A stretch of DNA of 64,000 nt. It comes from an uncultured Opitutaceae bacterium. Its GTDB lineage: Bacteria; Verrucomicrobiota; Verrucomicrobiia; Opitutales; Opitutaceae. The stretch spans positions 79,248-143,247 of the forward strand of contig CAMTVI010000003.1 of NCBI GenBank assembly GCA_947085165.1, in the 5' to 3' direction. The position numbers and the translations under genes were made by a program. Positions within the stretch are counted from its first letter, which is position 1, and each line of letters begins with the position of its first letter. Positions 1 to 9,153 of this stretch are shown here, piece after piece. Under the pieces are notes generated by a model, which worked only from the letters and a program-made list of their open reading frames with translations, was not told the origin of the DNA and made no database searches.

Positions 1-802
1 CGCGACCGGCGAGCTCGTCGGTTGCTTCGGCCTCACCGAACCCAATCACGGCTCCGATCCGGGCAGCATGGCCAGTCGCGCCACCAAGACCGCCGAGGGC
101 TGGTTGTTGCGCGGTTCTAAAACGTGGATCACCAATTCGCCGATCGCCGATGTGTTCGTCGTCTGGGCGAAGGACGACGCCGGCGAGGTGCGCGGTTTCA
201 TCCTCGAAAAAGGCATGCGCGGACTCACCGCGCCGAAGATCGAGGGCAAGTTTTCCCTGCGCGCTTCGCCGACGGGTATGATCATGATGGATGACGTGCC
301 GGTGCCGGACGCGAACCTGTTGCCCAACGTCAGCGGCCTGAAGGGCCCGCTCGGCTGTCTCACGAAAGCGCGCTACGGCATTTCGTGGGGCGCACTCGGC
401 GCGGCGGAATTCTGCTGGCACGCGGCCCGCCAATACACCCTCGACCGCAAGCAATTCGGCCGACCGCTCGCCGCCAACCAACTCATCCAACTCAAACTCG
501 CCAACATGCAGACCGAAATCACGCTCGGGTTGCACGCCGTGTTGCAATTGGGGCGGTTGATGGACGCCGGCCAAGCGGCACCGGAAATGGTGTCGATGCT
601 CAAGCGCAACTCCTGCGGCAAGTCGCTCGATATCGCCCGCGTCGCGCGCGACATGCATGGCGGCAACGGCATTTGCGACGAATACCACGTCATCCGCCAC
701 GTGATGAATCTCGAGTCGGTCAACACCTACGAAGGCACGCACGACATCCACGGATTGATTTTGGGCCGCGCGCAAACGGGCATCCAAGCCTTCGTCAACT
801 GA
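1..802 (+). CDS. gcdH: Acyl-CoA dehydrogenase, glutaryl-CoA dehydrogenase type (5' part outside window)
   Basis: [13 protein letters not shown] in frame upstream of the ORF; also [24 protein letters not shown] and [10 protein letters not shown] motifs. Confidence 0.85.
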   Translation, partial: ATGELVGCFGLTEPNHGSDPGSMASRATKTAEGWLLRGSKTWITNSPIADVFVVWAKDDAGEVRGFILEKGMRGLTAPKIEGKFSLRASPTGMIMMDDVPVPDANLLPNVSGLKGPLGCLTKARYGISWGALGAAEFCWHAARQYTLDRKQFGRPLAANQLIQLKLANMQTEITLGLHAVLQLGRLMDAGQAAPEMVSMLKRNSCGKSLDIARVARDMHGGNGICDEYHVIRHVMNLESVNTYEGTHDIHGLILGRAQTGIQAFVN

Positions 803-813
803 CTGCTGCGCCT

Positions 814-1302
814 TTGGAAAACGAGTGCCATTTCTCGCCCGACCGGCGGCATCGCTACAGTTTGATCCATCGCTGGAATGTGCTGTTTAGCGACCGGCTC
901 ATCATGTGGATCGGGCTCAACCCGAGCACGGCCGACGAAGCCAAACTCGACCCGACGCTCACGCGCATTCGCTCATTTTCGCAACGCGAAGGGCGCGACG
1001 GATTTTGGATGGCCAACCTGTTCGGGATGCGCACGCCCTATCCGAAGGAAATGATGGCCACGCCCGATCCCGTCGGGCCGGAGAATGATGCGTCGCTGCT
1101 CGCTGGGGCGGAGCGTTGCGACCTGATCGTCGCCGCGTGGGGCGTGAGCGGCGAATACCAGTCGCGCGCCGATGCCGTTGAGCGACTCCTCGCCGGTCGC
1201 GAATTGTGGTGTCTCGGCACGACGCAAGACGGCCACCCGCGCCACCCGCTTTACGTCGCGGCCAAGCAACCGCTGGTGCGTTACCACGGCCGCGCGCAGT
1301 AG
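814..1302 (+). CDS. DUF1643 domain protein
   Basis: 3' part of ORF 385..1302 has RYSL..W, WIGLNPSTAD, ANLF, IVAAWG and HPRHPLY. Start uncertain (TTG 814 or CTG 799). Confidence 0.8.
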   Translation: MENECHFSPDRRHRYSLIHRWNVLFSDRLIMWIGLNPSTADEAKLDPTLTRIRSFSQREGRDGFWMANLFGMRTPYPKEMMATPDPVGPENDASLLAGAERCDLIVAAWGVSGEYQSRADAVERLLAGRELWCLGTTQDGHPRHPLYVAAKQPLVRYHGRAQ

Positions 1303-1326
1303 TTCGCGCCGCACGCGGCGGGGGCG

Positions 1327-1722
1327 TCACGGACTATTCACATCAATTTCGATTTCGCGCAGGCCCACTCTTTCCGCGCGATACGTCGCCCGCGGCACGA
1401 AGGTTTTCTTGAATAGGCGTAAACTGGAAATTTCTGTGAGCACGAAAGTCCTCCAACCCGGCGGTGGTCCGCTGCGACTTTGTCCGCTTATCTGCCAACC
1501 GAGCAGCGCCACCCGCCCGCCCTTCACGGTGCCGAGCGCATGCGGTTCGAATTCGCGCGACAATCCTTGGTAACGAAAACGCAGCACGCGACGTTCGCGG
1601 ATGGCGGTGCGGATTTTCTCGCGCGTTTGCTTTTCCTTAATCGTCTCCGCCGCGGCGGACACAGGCAGCAATAGCCACAGGCCCGCCGCTCCCACGGCCC
1701 AGAGGAAGCCGCGACGATTCAT
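1327..1722 (-). CDS. Stand-alone WYL domain protein with a putative Tat signal peptide
   Basis: AIRERRVLRFRY...REFEPHALG...LLGWQ...WRTFVLTEISSL fits the WYL pattern; N-terminus is MNRRGFL, then a hydrophobic stretch, then AAA. Confidence 0.75.
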   Translation of the reverse strand: MNRRGFLWAVGAAGLWLLLPVSAAAETIKEKQTREKIRTAIRERRVLRFRYQGLSREFEPHALGTVKGGRVALLGWQISGQSRSGPPPGWRTFVLTEISSLRLFKKTFVPRATYRAERVGLREIEIDVNSP

Positions 1723-1851
1723 GATCGAGCAAATTCTTAGTGCTAAAAAATGTCGGCGACAAGTCTGGTTTCTCGCGCGCCATGGCCAACTCCCGGGCTA
1801 CGTTCGGCTATTGCGCAAAGTCGCGCGCGCGTCCTAGCTTCGCGCCACTCT

Positions 1852-2322
1852 ATGAAACTTTGCGCCAAAATCGGTCTCGGGCTGGCGGTGGTGTTTGTTG
1901 CCATTCAGGTCGTGCGCCCCGCGCGCAATGAAGGTTCTTCCACCGGCCCCAATGACATCGGCACCAAATATGCCGTGCCGGCCGAAATCGCCGGACATCT
2001 CAAGCGCGCCTGCTTCGACTGTCACTCCAACCACACGAACTACCCGGCCTACGCCAATTTGCAGCCGGTCGGTTGGTGGCTCGAGTCGCACGTGCGCGAT
2101 GCCAAGAAACACCTGAGTTTTTCCGAATTTGCCACCTATAAACCGAAGCGCGCGGCGCATAAATTGGAAGAAATCGCCGAGGAAGTGCGCAAGAAGCACA
2201 TGCCGCTTGATTCCTATTTGTGGGTGCACGGCGAAGCAAAACTCACCGACGCGGAAATCGAGGCGATAGCACAATGGGCCGATGCGCTGCGCGCGACCAT
2301 CGTCGTCCCGCCGGCAACGTAA
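1852..2322 (+). CDS. Heme-binding (cytochrome c-type, Haem_bd) protein
   Basis: CFDCH heme motif, HMP axial Met and an N-terminal anchor. Confidence 0.85.
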   Translation: MKLCAKIGLGLAVVFVAIQVVRPARNEGSSTGPNDIGTKYAVPAEIAGHLKRACFDCHSNHTNYPAYANLQPVGWWLESHVRDAKKHLSFSEFATYKPKRAAHKLEEIAEEVRKKHMPLDSYLWVHGEAKLTDAEIEAIAQWADALRATIVVPPAT

Positions 2323-3102
2323 TTACGGCGTCGCGAGCACCGGTCGCGCGTCCGCCAACCAATCCGCCAGCGGCAAACGCAGCCGGATCATCTCCTGAAC
2401 CGCGAGTGCGGCAACGCACCCAGCGCCGTAGTGGGAAAAATGTGTGTCGTCCTGCCAGCCGTCGGGTTTGCGCGCGTATGCGTCCGCTGGAATCCACAAA
2501 TGCAGCCGCTTCGATCCTTCCACGCCGTGCCCTTCCTCCAGCGCGCGGGTTAACTCAAATAGTTTCAGCAGCGGCACTCCTTCGCTGGCGGCCACTTCGC
2601 GCGTCACGACCAGATACTCGCCGTGGGTGTCGAGCACGCGCGGCGTCCCGCCGCCCTGGTCCCATTTGCGCCGCGCCACGGAGGTGGCGAGGATCGGGTG
2701 TGCGCCGCGCGCGCGCACCTCGGCGACGAAACGACGCAAATTCTCCGCATACTCCCCGCGCGGTTCGGTAAAGCGCGATGGGTCGGTGTGCTTGGCGTCG
2801 TTGTGGCCGAATTGCAGCAACACCCAGTCGCCCGGTGCGAGCGCCTCGAGCAGTTTTTGCCAGTGTCCCAGCTCGCGAAACGACTTGGTGCTGCGCCCAT
2901 TCACCGCGTGGTTCACCACCGCGGCCGGATCGGCGAAGTAGCGCGGCAACACTTCGCCCCAACCGTATTCCGGGTTCGGCGTCAGCCGCTCTTTCGTCGC
3001 CAGCGTTGAGTCACCGGCAAGATGCAGGCGCGCCGCCTCCGTCGATGCCGCCACGGCCCACCCGCCCAACCAGACCAAGAAAAGGGCACGACAAAATCGC
3101 AT
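2323..3102 (-). CDS. SGNH/GDSL rhamnogalacturonan acetylesterase-like protein, secreted
   Basis: LAGDST, NHAVNGRSTKSF, QFGHND and DDTHF blocks; signal peptide. Confidence 0.85.
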   Translation of the reverse strand: MRFCRALFLVWLGGWAVAASTEAARLHLAGDSTLATKERLTPNPEYGWGEVLPRYFADPAAVVNHAVNGRSTKSFRELGHWQKLLEALAPGDWVLLQFGHNDAKHTDPSRFTEPRGEYAENLRRFVAEVRARGAHPILATSVARRKWDQGGGTPRVLDTHGEYLVVTREVAASEGVPLLKLFELTRALEEGHGVEGSKRLHLWIPADAYARKPDGWQDDTHFSHYGAGCVAALAVQEMIRLRLPLADWLADARPVLATP

Positions 3103-3225
3103 GCCTGAGCCTCGCGCCAAGGCGGGCGAATCGACAACGCCAAATCCACCGCGCGCCGCGCCTTAACTCCAACCCGGTCGCGTGGCTGACTTGCGCCCGC
3201 GCGTCACTTGGTGCTTAATCATGCC

Positions 3226-3867
3226 ATGCGCCTTTTCTTTTTTCTTTCGTTCGCCCTGACCCTGACCAGTTGCAGCAGTGTTTATTACGGTGCGATGGAG
3301 AAAATCGGCATTCCGAAGCGCCAGATCCTCGTCGAACGAGTGGAATCCGCCCGCGGTGCGCAACAGGAGGCAAAGCAGCAATTCGCCAGCGCGCTCGAAC
3401 ACTTTCTCGCCGTCACCAAAGTGCCGCCAACCGAACTCAAGGGCGTCTATGACCGGTTAAACGACGAGCTCAAACGCAGCGAGGCGCGCGCCAAGGAAGT
3501 GCGCGACCGCATCGGCGCGATCGACGACGTCGCCCAAGCGCTCTTCAGTGAATGGAGCGTAGAACTCGCGCAGTATTCCAGTCCGGCCCTGCGTTCGCAA
3601 AGCGAGCGGCAACTCGACGCCACCAAGCGCCGCTATGCAGAGTTGATGCGCGTAATGAATGTCGCCGCCGACCGCATGGAGCCCGTGCTGGTGACGTTCC
3701 GTGATCAAGTGCTGTTCCTGAAACACAACCTCAACGCGCAAGCGATTGCCGCGCTCAGTTCGACCTCGCAAAATCTCCAGCAGGACATTGGTCGCCTCAT
3801 CGCCGACATGGAAAAATCAATCAAGGAAGCCGACGCTTTCATCTCCACGATGCAGGCCGTCAAATGA
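3226..3867 (+). CDS. DUF2959 family lipoprotein
   Basis: Lipobox LTSC; YYGAMEKIG..KR.ILV.RV and FRDQVLFLKHNLNA. Confidence 0.85.
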   Translation: MRLFFFLSFALTLTSCSSVYYGAMEKIGIPKRQILVERVESARGAQQEAKQQFASALEHFLAVTKVPPTELKGVYDRLNDELKRSEARAKEVRDRIGAIDDVAQALFSEWSVELAQYSSPALRSQSERQLDATKRRYAELMRVMNVAADRMEPVLVTFRDQVLFLKHNLNAQAIAALSSTSQNLQQDIGRLIADMEKSIKEADAFISTMQAVK

Positions 3868-3925
3868 GTTTTCGCATCCGTCCGCAAGCTCAGTCCAAAT
3901 CAACCGAGTCACCGCCTAAATTGTC

Positions 3926-4270
3926 GTGCCACTAAAAATCAAATGGAACGACGACCGCGTGCGCGGCGCGACGACGGCCCTCCTGCTAATCACCCGAGAT
4001 AGACTGGCTCGCGGAGAAACCGACGCCTTGATCGCGGCTGCGTTAGCCGACTACCGCGAAGATCCCGCTGGCTACAAACTCCTCAAAGCAACTTGGCCGC
4101 CCGCCCACGATTGCGGGCCGTTGAAGCAAGTCGCCCAGAAATCTTATTACCAAAATCTCCTCAGCGCCATCGACCGACTGCTGGCGAAGATCGAAAAATC
4201 AAAACTTCAATTCAGCAGTCTGCGCGAACTCGACAATTGGCTGATCGCAAGCCTCCGCAACGTCCGCTGA
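3926..4270 (+). CDS. Hypothetical protein
   Basis: Non-overlapping ORF with natural amino-acid composition inside a co-oriented run. Confidence 0.7.
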   Translation: MPLKIKWNDDRVRGATTALLLITRDRLARGETDALIAAALADYREDPAGYKLLKATWPPAHDCGPLKQVAQKSYYQNLLSAIDRLLAKIEKSKLQFSSLRELDNWLIASLRNVR

Positions 4271-4279
4271 GTGCGCGTC

Positions 4280-4753
4280 ATGTCTGCTGTGTTACCCGTT
4301 TTGCGTCGCGCCACGGCCGTTGATAGCGCCGCGACATTCGCCTTCGTCGCATGCGTGTTGGCGGAATTCGGGTTGCCCGCCGAAGCGCACGACACCGACG
4401 CCGATCTGGCCAACTTTGACGCGCACTACTTCACACCCGGTGGAGACTTCGTCGTGCTGGAAGCCGCCGAGGGAAAAATCGTCGGCACGTGCGGTTTGTT
4501 TCCGATGGGCGGCGACGCGGTCGAATTGCGCAAAATGTATCTCGCTCCCGCGTGGCGCGGGCACGGTCAGGGTCGGCGACTGCTCGAGTGGGCGATGGCG
4601 CGAGCGCGCGAGTTGGGTTTTCGCCGGATGACGCTGGAAACCGCGGCGGTGCTGAAAGACGCGATCACGCTTTACGAACGCAACGGCTTCAGGCGCGATG
4701 ACGCAGGACGCCACTCGTGCCGGTGTGATGCGGCTTACGTGCGCGACCTTTGA
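4280..4753 (+). CDS. GNAT family N-acetyltransferase
   Basis: ELRKMYL...RGHGQG...LET...AITLYERNGF. Confidence 0.85.
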   Translation: MSAVLPVLRRATAVDSAATFAFVACVLAEFGLPAEAHDTDADLANFDAHYFTPGGDFVVLEAAEGKIVGTCGLFPMGGDAVELRKMYLAPAWRGHGQGRRLLEWAMARARELGFRRMTLETAAVLKDAITLYERNGFRRDDAGRHSCRCDAAYVRDL

Positions 4754-4757
4754 CTCC

Positions 4758-5117
4758 ATGATAAAGATCCGCCTCGACGAAAAATTCGCCCAGTTCCGCG
4801 ATCAGTGGAGTCCGAAGCTCATTGCGGAACTCAACGGGCAACACGTGAAGTTAGTGAAAGTGTTCGGCGAATTCGTGTGGCACCAACACGTCGACGAAGA
4901 CGAGCTGTTCTTCGTGTGGCGCGGTGCGCTACGGATGGAATTTCGCGACCGCGTGGTTGAGTTACACGAAGGCGAGATGCTCGTCGTGCCCCGCGGCGTC
5001 GAACATCGTCCGGTGGCGGAACACGAGTGCTGGCTGTTGCTCTTCGAGCCAGCGACGACGCGCAACACCGGTGACGCGGGTGGCGCGCGCACCGTGGAAA
5101 ATCCGGATCGGATTTAG
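4758..5117 (+). CDS. Cupin domain protein
   Basis: GEFVWHQH.DEDELF and VVPRGVEHRP. Confidence 0.85.
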   Translation: MIKIRLDEKFAQFRDQWSPKLIAELNGQHVKLVKVFGEFVWHQHVDEDELFFVWRGALRMEFRDRVVELHEGEMLVVPRGVEHRPVAEHECWLLLFEPATTRNTGDAGGARTVENPDRI

Positions 5118-5848
5118 GTGCGGCTCCCGAGGGCGAGTGCGCGCGGGAAGAGCACGTTGTTTTCCTTGTGCACGTGGCGCTGCAGGTCGGTGGCAAATTC
5201 CGCCAGACCAGCCAGGAGGGCGCGATGGGTATTGCAGGCGTTGGTATCGGGCTGGAAGCCGTCGGTCAATTCGCGGAGCCGCGCCGTCGCGCGCGTGGCG
5301 AATTCGTGTTCTTCTTCCATTTGCCGAATTGGATTGGCGATCGAGCCGCAATGGAAGTCGTTGGCGACGCCGGTTTCGAGTTCGCGCACGAGCGGGAAGA
5401 GAATGCGTTCCTCTTTCGCCATGTGGGCGAACATTTCATCGGCCAACAGCGTGGTGGTTTCACTGACTTCGCGAAGGCGCTCGTCGCGCCACGAGTGTTT
5501 CCGCGCGACGCGGTCGGCCATCTCAACGAGACGCGGCAATTCGGTTTTCACATAAACGTGATGCGTGGTCTCGATGTGTTCGGCGAGCTGTGCGAGGGAG
5601 AGTTGGTTGGGATCGATGACAGACGTGTTCGTGGCACCATTCACCGACTCGAGTAATTCCGCATGCACGACCGCGGGTTCGTGTCCGTAGGCGCGGCACG
5701 CTTCGGTGAGTGCGCGCTTGCCGCCGCAGCAGTAATTGATGCCGAGGCGCTCGAAAACGCGTGCCAGCAGCGGGTAATCGATGACGATTTGGCCGACGGT
5801 GGTTTCGACGGTGAAGGGCGGAGCAGCGTGAAGGCTCGGTGTGGACAT
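5114..5848 (-). CDS. ric: Iron-sulfur cluster repair di-iron protein (Ric/YtfE/ScdA)
   Basis: INYCCGG N-domain; hemerythrin motifs HHVYV, HMAKEE, MEEEH and HVHKENN. Confidence 0.92.
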   Translation of the reverse strand: MSTPSLHAAPPFTVETTVGQIVIDYPLLARVFERLGINYCCGGKRALTEACRAYGHEPAVVHAELLESVNGATNTSVIDPNQLSLAQLAEHIETTHHVYVKTELPRLVEMADRVARKHSWRDERLREVSETTTLLADEMFAHMAKEERILFPLVRELETGVANDFHCGSIANPIRQMEEEHEFATRATARLRELTDGFQPDTNACNTHRALLAGLAEFATDLQRHVHKENNVLFPRALALGSRT

Positions 5849-5882
5849 GGGCAGACGATACCGCCAACTGCGCCTAAGTGCA

Positions 5883-5896
5883 TTGAGCCAAGTCAA
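5883..5896. promoter_or_regulatory. FNR/Dnr/NnrR-type box upstream of ric
   Basis: TTGAgccaagTCAA (TTGA-N6-TCAA), 35-48 bp upstream of the ric ATG. Confidence 0.6.
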
Positions 5897-5937
5897 GGGA
5901 ACGCGAGAGCCGCACACGGTGTTTGGTGACCAAGCGG

Positions 5938-5962
5938 TCCACTCACTGGCGCTCGCGGCTAC
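5938..5962 (-). repeat. GTAG-type REP-like element, family A, single copy
   Basis: Minus strand reads GTAGCCGCGAGCGCCAGTGAGTGGA; similar to copies at 29321 and 54286-54342. Confidence 0.6.
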
Positions 5963-6030
5963 AGGAGGGGTCGATTTTATGGGGTTGCGAGTCGGAATCT
6001 CTGGGATAAATTCACCGCAAACTTCCCCCC

Positions 6031-6378
6031 GTGAAAACAACCTCCCTCCTCCTTCTTCCCGCTGTTGTTGCTGTTGGTCTTTTGACTGGTTGCGGCACGC
6101 GTTCCACTGAAACCCGCGGCACGAATCCCGGACACCCAGGCGCAGCGGTCGGTTACGCGGTAGGAAACACCGCTGGCGCCGTCACTGGTTCGGTGGTCGG
6201 CGCCGTGGCGGCCGGTGCCGAAGGGATGGCGGATGCCGTGAAAGCGCCGTTTAACAACGAGCGTCGCTATGTGCGCAAGTGGCGCACGGAAACAACCTCT
6301 GATGGTCGCACGATTCAGGTGCCTTACGAAGTCGAGGTCGACGCGCACGGTCGCGAGATCGTGCCGAAGTCCAACTGA
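6031..6378 (+). CDS. Small lipoprotein with a Gly/Ala-rich segment, function unknown
   Basis: Lipobox LLTGC. Confidence 0.7.
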   Translation: MKTTSLLLLPAVVAVGLLTGCGTRSTETRGTNPGHPGAAVGYAVGNTAGAVTGSVVGAVAAGAEGMADAVKAPFNNERRYVRKWRTETTSDGRTIQVPYEVEVDAHGREIVPKSN

Positions 6379-6431
6379 GCCTGCTTAACGCGGGCCGGTC
6401 TTGGCCGAACCACGCGTGATTCGTGCGCAAT

Positions 6432-6460
6432 AAAAACGGCGTCCCTTGTGAGGACGCCGT
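6432..6460 (-). terminator. Intrinsic terminator of the lpoB operon
   Basis: Stem ACGGCGTCC/GGACGCCGT followed by a U-tract on the minus strand. Confidence 0.75.
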
Positions 6461-6488
6461 GAAATTTTGCGAAGGTCTCGAGAATCGC

Positions 6489-7091
6489 TTACCAACCGAC
6501 GCCGGGGCGCTTGGTTTGCTTGGCGATTTGGCGCTCTTCTTCCCAGACGGTGAGGCCGGTTTTGACTTCGACGAGCGACATCTGGAACGCGTAGGTGTTT
6601 TGCGTCATCTTGCCCGAGCGATCGGTCTGCTGGATGAGCTTCGCGTAGAGCGTGTAGTCGGGCAAAATTGTTTTTTGCTTCTTGCCGGACTGCATCTCTT
6701 CCATTTCCGCCGCTTCGCTGGCGACCACGGCGCGTTCGCCGAGACCGAGCGTGTTGGTGATCGCGATCTTGCCGGTCTGCGTGAGCGCAACGCGGATCTT
6801 CTTAATCAGGAGATCGGTGTCGACCATCAGCTGCGTGTTGTTGATCACGCGATCGACGGCCATGATGGCGGGCACGCGCGGGGCGCGCTCAAGGGCGCTG
6901 GACGAGAGCAGCGACGCGGTGAGCTGGTCGGCGGCGTTGGCCCAGTCCTGCGAGTTGATTGCGGAGGTATTGATGGCGTCGGGGCCGCGGGCGTCGACGG
7001 TGCGCGTCTCTTCGGTCGTGGTGCAACCGGTGAAGAGCAACGAAGCCGACAGCGCGGCTGCGCCAAGGAGCTTGGTGGAGGAATATTTCAT
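6489..7091 (-). CDS. lpoB: Penicillin-binding protein activator LpoB family lipoprotein
   Basis: Lipobox LFTGC; V.NNT...DTD.L..KIR..L..TG and Y.FQMSL.EV.TGL.VW...I.K. Confidence 0.8.
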   Translation of the reverse strand: MKYSSTKLLGAAALSASLLFTGCTTTEETRTVDARGPDAINTSAINSQDWANAADQLTASLLSSSALERAPRVPAIMAVDRVINNTQLMVDTDLLIKKIRVALTQTGKIAITNTLGLGERAVVASEAAEMEEMQSGKKQKTILPDYTLYAKLIQQTDRSGKMTQNTYAFQMSLVEVKTGLTVWEEERQIAKQTKRPGVGW

Positions 7092-7103
7092 AATGAATTG
7101 GTG

Positions 7104-7523
7104 TTATTCGCGGAATTTGAGGCGGAAATCAACGGCGCGCGGGTTGATCGATACCGTGGAGATGGTGATGCTTTCGCGGCCCTGTAGCGCGAGGCCCTTC
7201 CAGGTTTCGTTGGGTGAGTCGATCGACATACCGTCGGCGTCAACCCACTCGAACTTGTAGTTCAAGTGACGCGCGTTGTTTTTCAGATTTTCCACGGTGG
7301 CTTGGATCTTGAGCAAGTTGCCCGAGACCTTCGCTTCGTTGATGGCGACGACGCGGAATGTGCCGGCAAGGGTGTTGTCGGTGATGACGCGTTTGTCGGA
7401 GATGTAGTTGGGCGCGGCCTGTGATTCGGCTCGCTCATACGTGTTCACGTTGGAGGCGCAGCCGGAAAGCAGCACCACGGCAACGAGCGCAACGCCAGCG
7501 AGCGCGGAACGGGGAGATTTCAT
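7104..7523 (-). CDS. YcfL (DUF1425) family lipoprotein
   Basis: Lipobox LLSGC; YKFEWVDADG...W.......G.E.I...S.NPRAVDFRL. Confidence 0.85.
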   Translation of the reverse strand: MKSPRSALAGVALVAVVLLSGCASNVNTYERAESQAAPNYISDKRVITDNTLAGTFRVVAINEAKVSGNLLKIQATVENLKNNARHLNYKFEWVDADGMSIDSPNETWKGLALQGRESITISTVSINPRAVDFRLKFRE

Positions 7524-7528
7524 GGATT

Positions 7529-9109
7529 TTATTTTAGTGCGAATTGCGACACGTGCAACGGCGCGTTGTTCGCGGTTGATTTGACGTAGATGACATTCAC
7601 CGAGCCTTCATCAATGGTGATGGTCTGCTGGGTGGCGCCGGCGGAAAGGACGAGTTGGCGATTTTCCGGCGTGGCGAAGCGCGCGTATTGGAACTCCTTC
7701 GGGAGCGACGTCCACGTGCGGGTGTCGGCGATGTTGGTGGCTGCGTTGATGCCGCCCATGATCAATCCGGCGGCCAAGCCGGCGAACATGCCGCCTTGAT
7801 CCTCGACCTGCTTTTGCACGGTGGCTTGGATGATGGCCTTCGTTGCCGTGGTAATGAGCGTCTTGGTCACGATCGACGGCCACTCGTTCTTGAAATCGTT
7901 GGCGACGACGCTGTCCATGCTTGCGACAGTGGAAGTGACAAAGGTTTGTTCACCCACGCCGACGGAGAGCGTGCCGATGTAGTCGCTGTTGAATTCGAGC
8001 TTCGGGAACGCGGCGCCGACGTAAGCGAGGCGGCTCGTGACGAGGAAGGTTGGGATATCCACGCGAATTTGGCCGCGCAAGGGCGCGGTGCCGGTTTCGA
8101 AGATGACGTAGGTGACGCCTTCGAGCGTCTTGCCTTCGGCGGCGTTGGCGGCGGCTTCAAGGTCGGCGCGGATGAAGTTGTTTTCCGGAACCATTTGCGC
8201 GACGCGTTCGAAAGACTTGCGGCCGCGTTCCCAATCGTCGCCGGTTTCACCGAGAGCGGTGAAGAACAAACCGTCGAGGAACACCGCGAAAGGATTCACG
8301 TAGTCGCCATAGGGCTTCATCGGCGCGAGCGAAGCGTCGAGGGCGGCCTGGAGGGCGGGGCCAGTGCGGGCATCGTCCATCGCGCGATTGCTATCGTAAG
8401 AGGCGGATTTGCCGGACTCGTCCTTCAACTCGCCGCGAGCAGCCTTTTCGGCCTCATCTTGGAGGGCGGCGATGCGTTTTTCGTTGTCGGCCACGGCGTC
8501 GCGTTGGCGTTGGAGCGAGCGGTTGAGTTCGACGCGTGCCTTATCCTTGTCGCCGAGTTCGATGTAGTTGAGCGCCTTGTAGGCGTTCATCATCACCTTG
8601 TCGTAGGAGCGGCCACGGTAGGGCAAATTCGCCTGATTGGTCATTATGGCGCCGAGTTCGGAGCCGACCTTGAGCTTGGCCTGTTCTTCCCAGTGATTGA
8701 CGCGAGCTTCGGCCTTATCGAAGGCTTCGTTAGAGCGGCGCAAATAATGTTCGGTGACTTCGCGATCGGTCGGTGCCGGCGGGGGTGGCGGCGGTTCTTC
8801 GCCCTTTTTCACCGGAGCCGGCGGCGGCAAAATGCTCGGCACCGTGGCTGGGTCGGCGAGTCCGGCGGTGCGCAAGGTCGCGCCCTGTTCAAAACGGAAA
8901 ACCAGTTCGTCCTTCGAGCCAGCCGATTTATTGGCCTGCTGATCGATCTGCGGCACGGCCTGCATCAAACTGCCGCTGCGCGACGATTGCGTGAAGGCTT
9001 TGGTGTCTTGTTCGTAGGTTTGGCAACCGGCAACCATTAGCATGAGCGCAAGCGCGCATGCCACTTGGGTGAACCGGCGTGCTTTAAGCGACGCTTGGGG
9101 TTGGTTCAT
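7529..9109 (-). CDS. COG3014 family TPR-like lipoprotein
   Basis: Lipobox VAGC; PYRG..YDKVM.N.YKALNY, ARVELNR and ADTRTWTSLP; lies upstream of ycfL-lpoB. Confidence 0.8.
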   Translation of the reverse strand: MNQPQASLKARRFTQVACALALMLMVAGCQTYEQDTKAFTQSSRSGSLMQAVPQIDQQANKSAGSKDELVFRFEQGATLRTAGLADPATVPSILPPPAPVKKGEEPPPPPPAPTDREVTEHYLRRSNEAFDKAEARVNHWEEQAKLKVGSELGAIMTNQANLPYRGRSYDKVMMNAYKALNYIELGDKDKARVELNRSLQRQRDAVADNEKRIAALQDEAEKAARGELKDESGKSASYDSNRAMDDARTGPALQAALDASLAPMKPYGDYVNPFAVFLDGLFFTALGETGDDWERGRKSFERVAQMVPENNFIRADLEAAANAAEGKTLEGVTYVIFETGTAPLRGQIRVDIPTFLVTSRLAYVGAAFPKLEFNSDYIGTLSVGVGEQTFVTSTVASMDSVVANDFKNEWPSIVTKTLITTATKAIIQATVQKQVEDQGGMFAGLAAGLIMGGINAATNIADTRTWTSLPKEFQYARFATPENRQLVLSAGATQQTITIDEGSVNVIYVKSTANNAPLHVSQFALK

Positions 9110-9153
9110 AATGGGGTATTCTTTCGTTGGGTGTTGGTTACTTACTGGAAATA

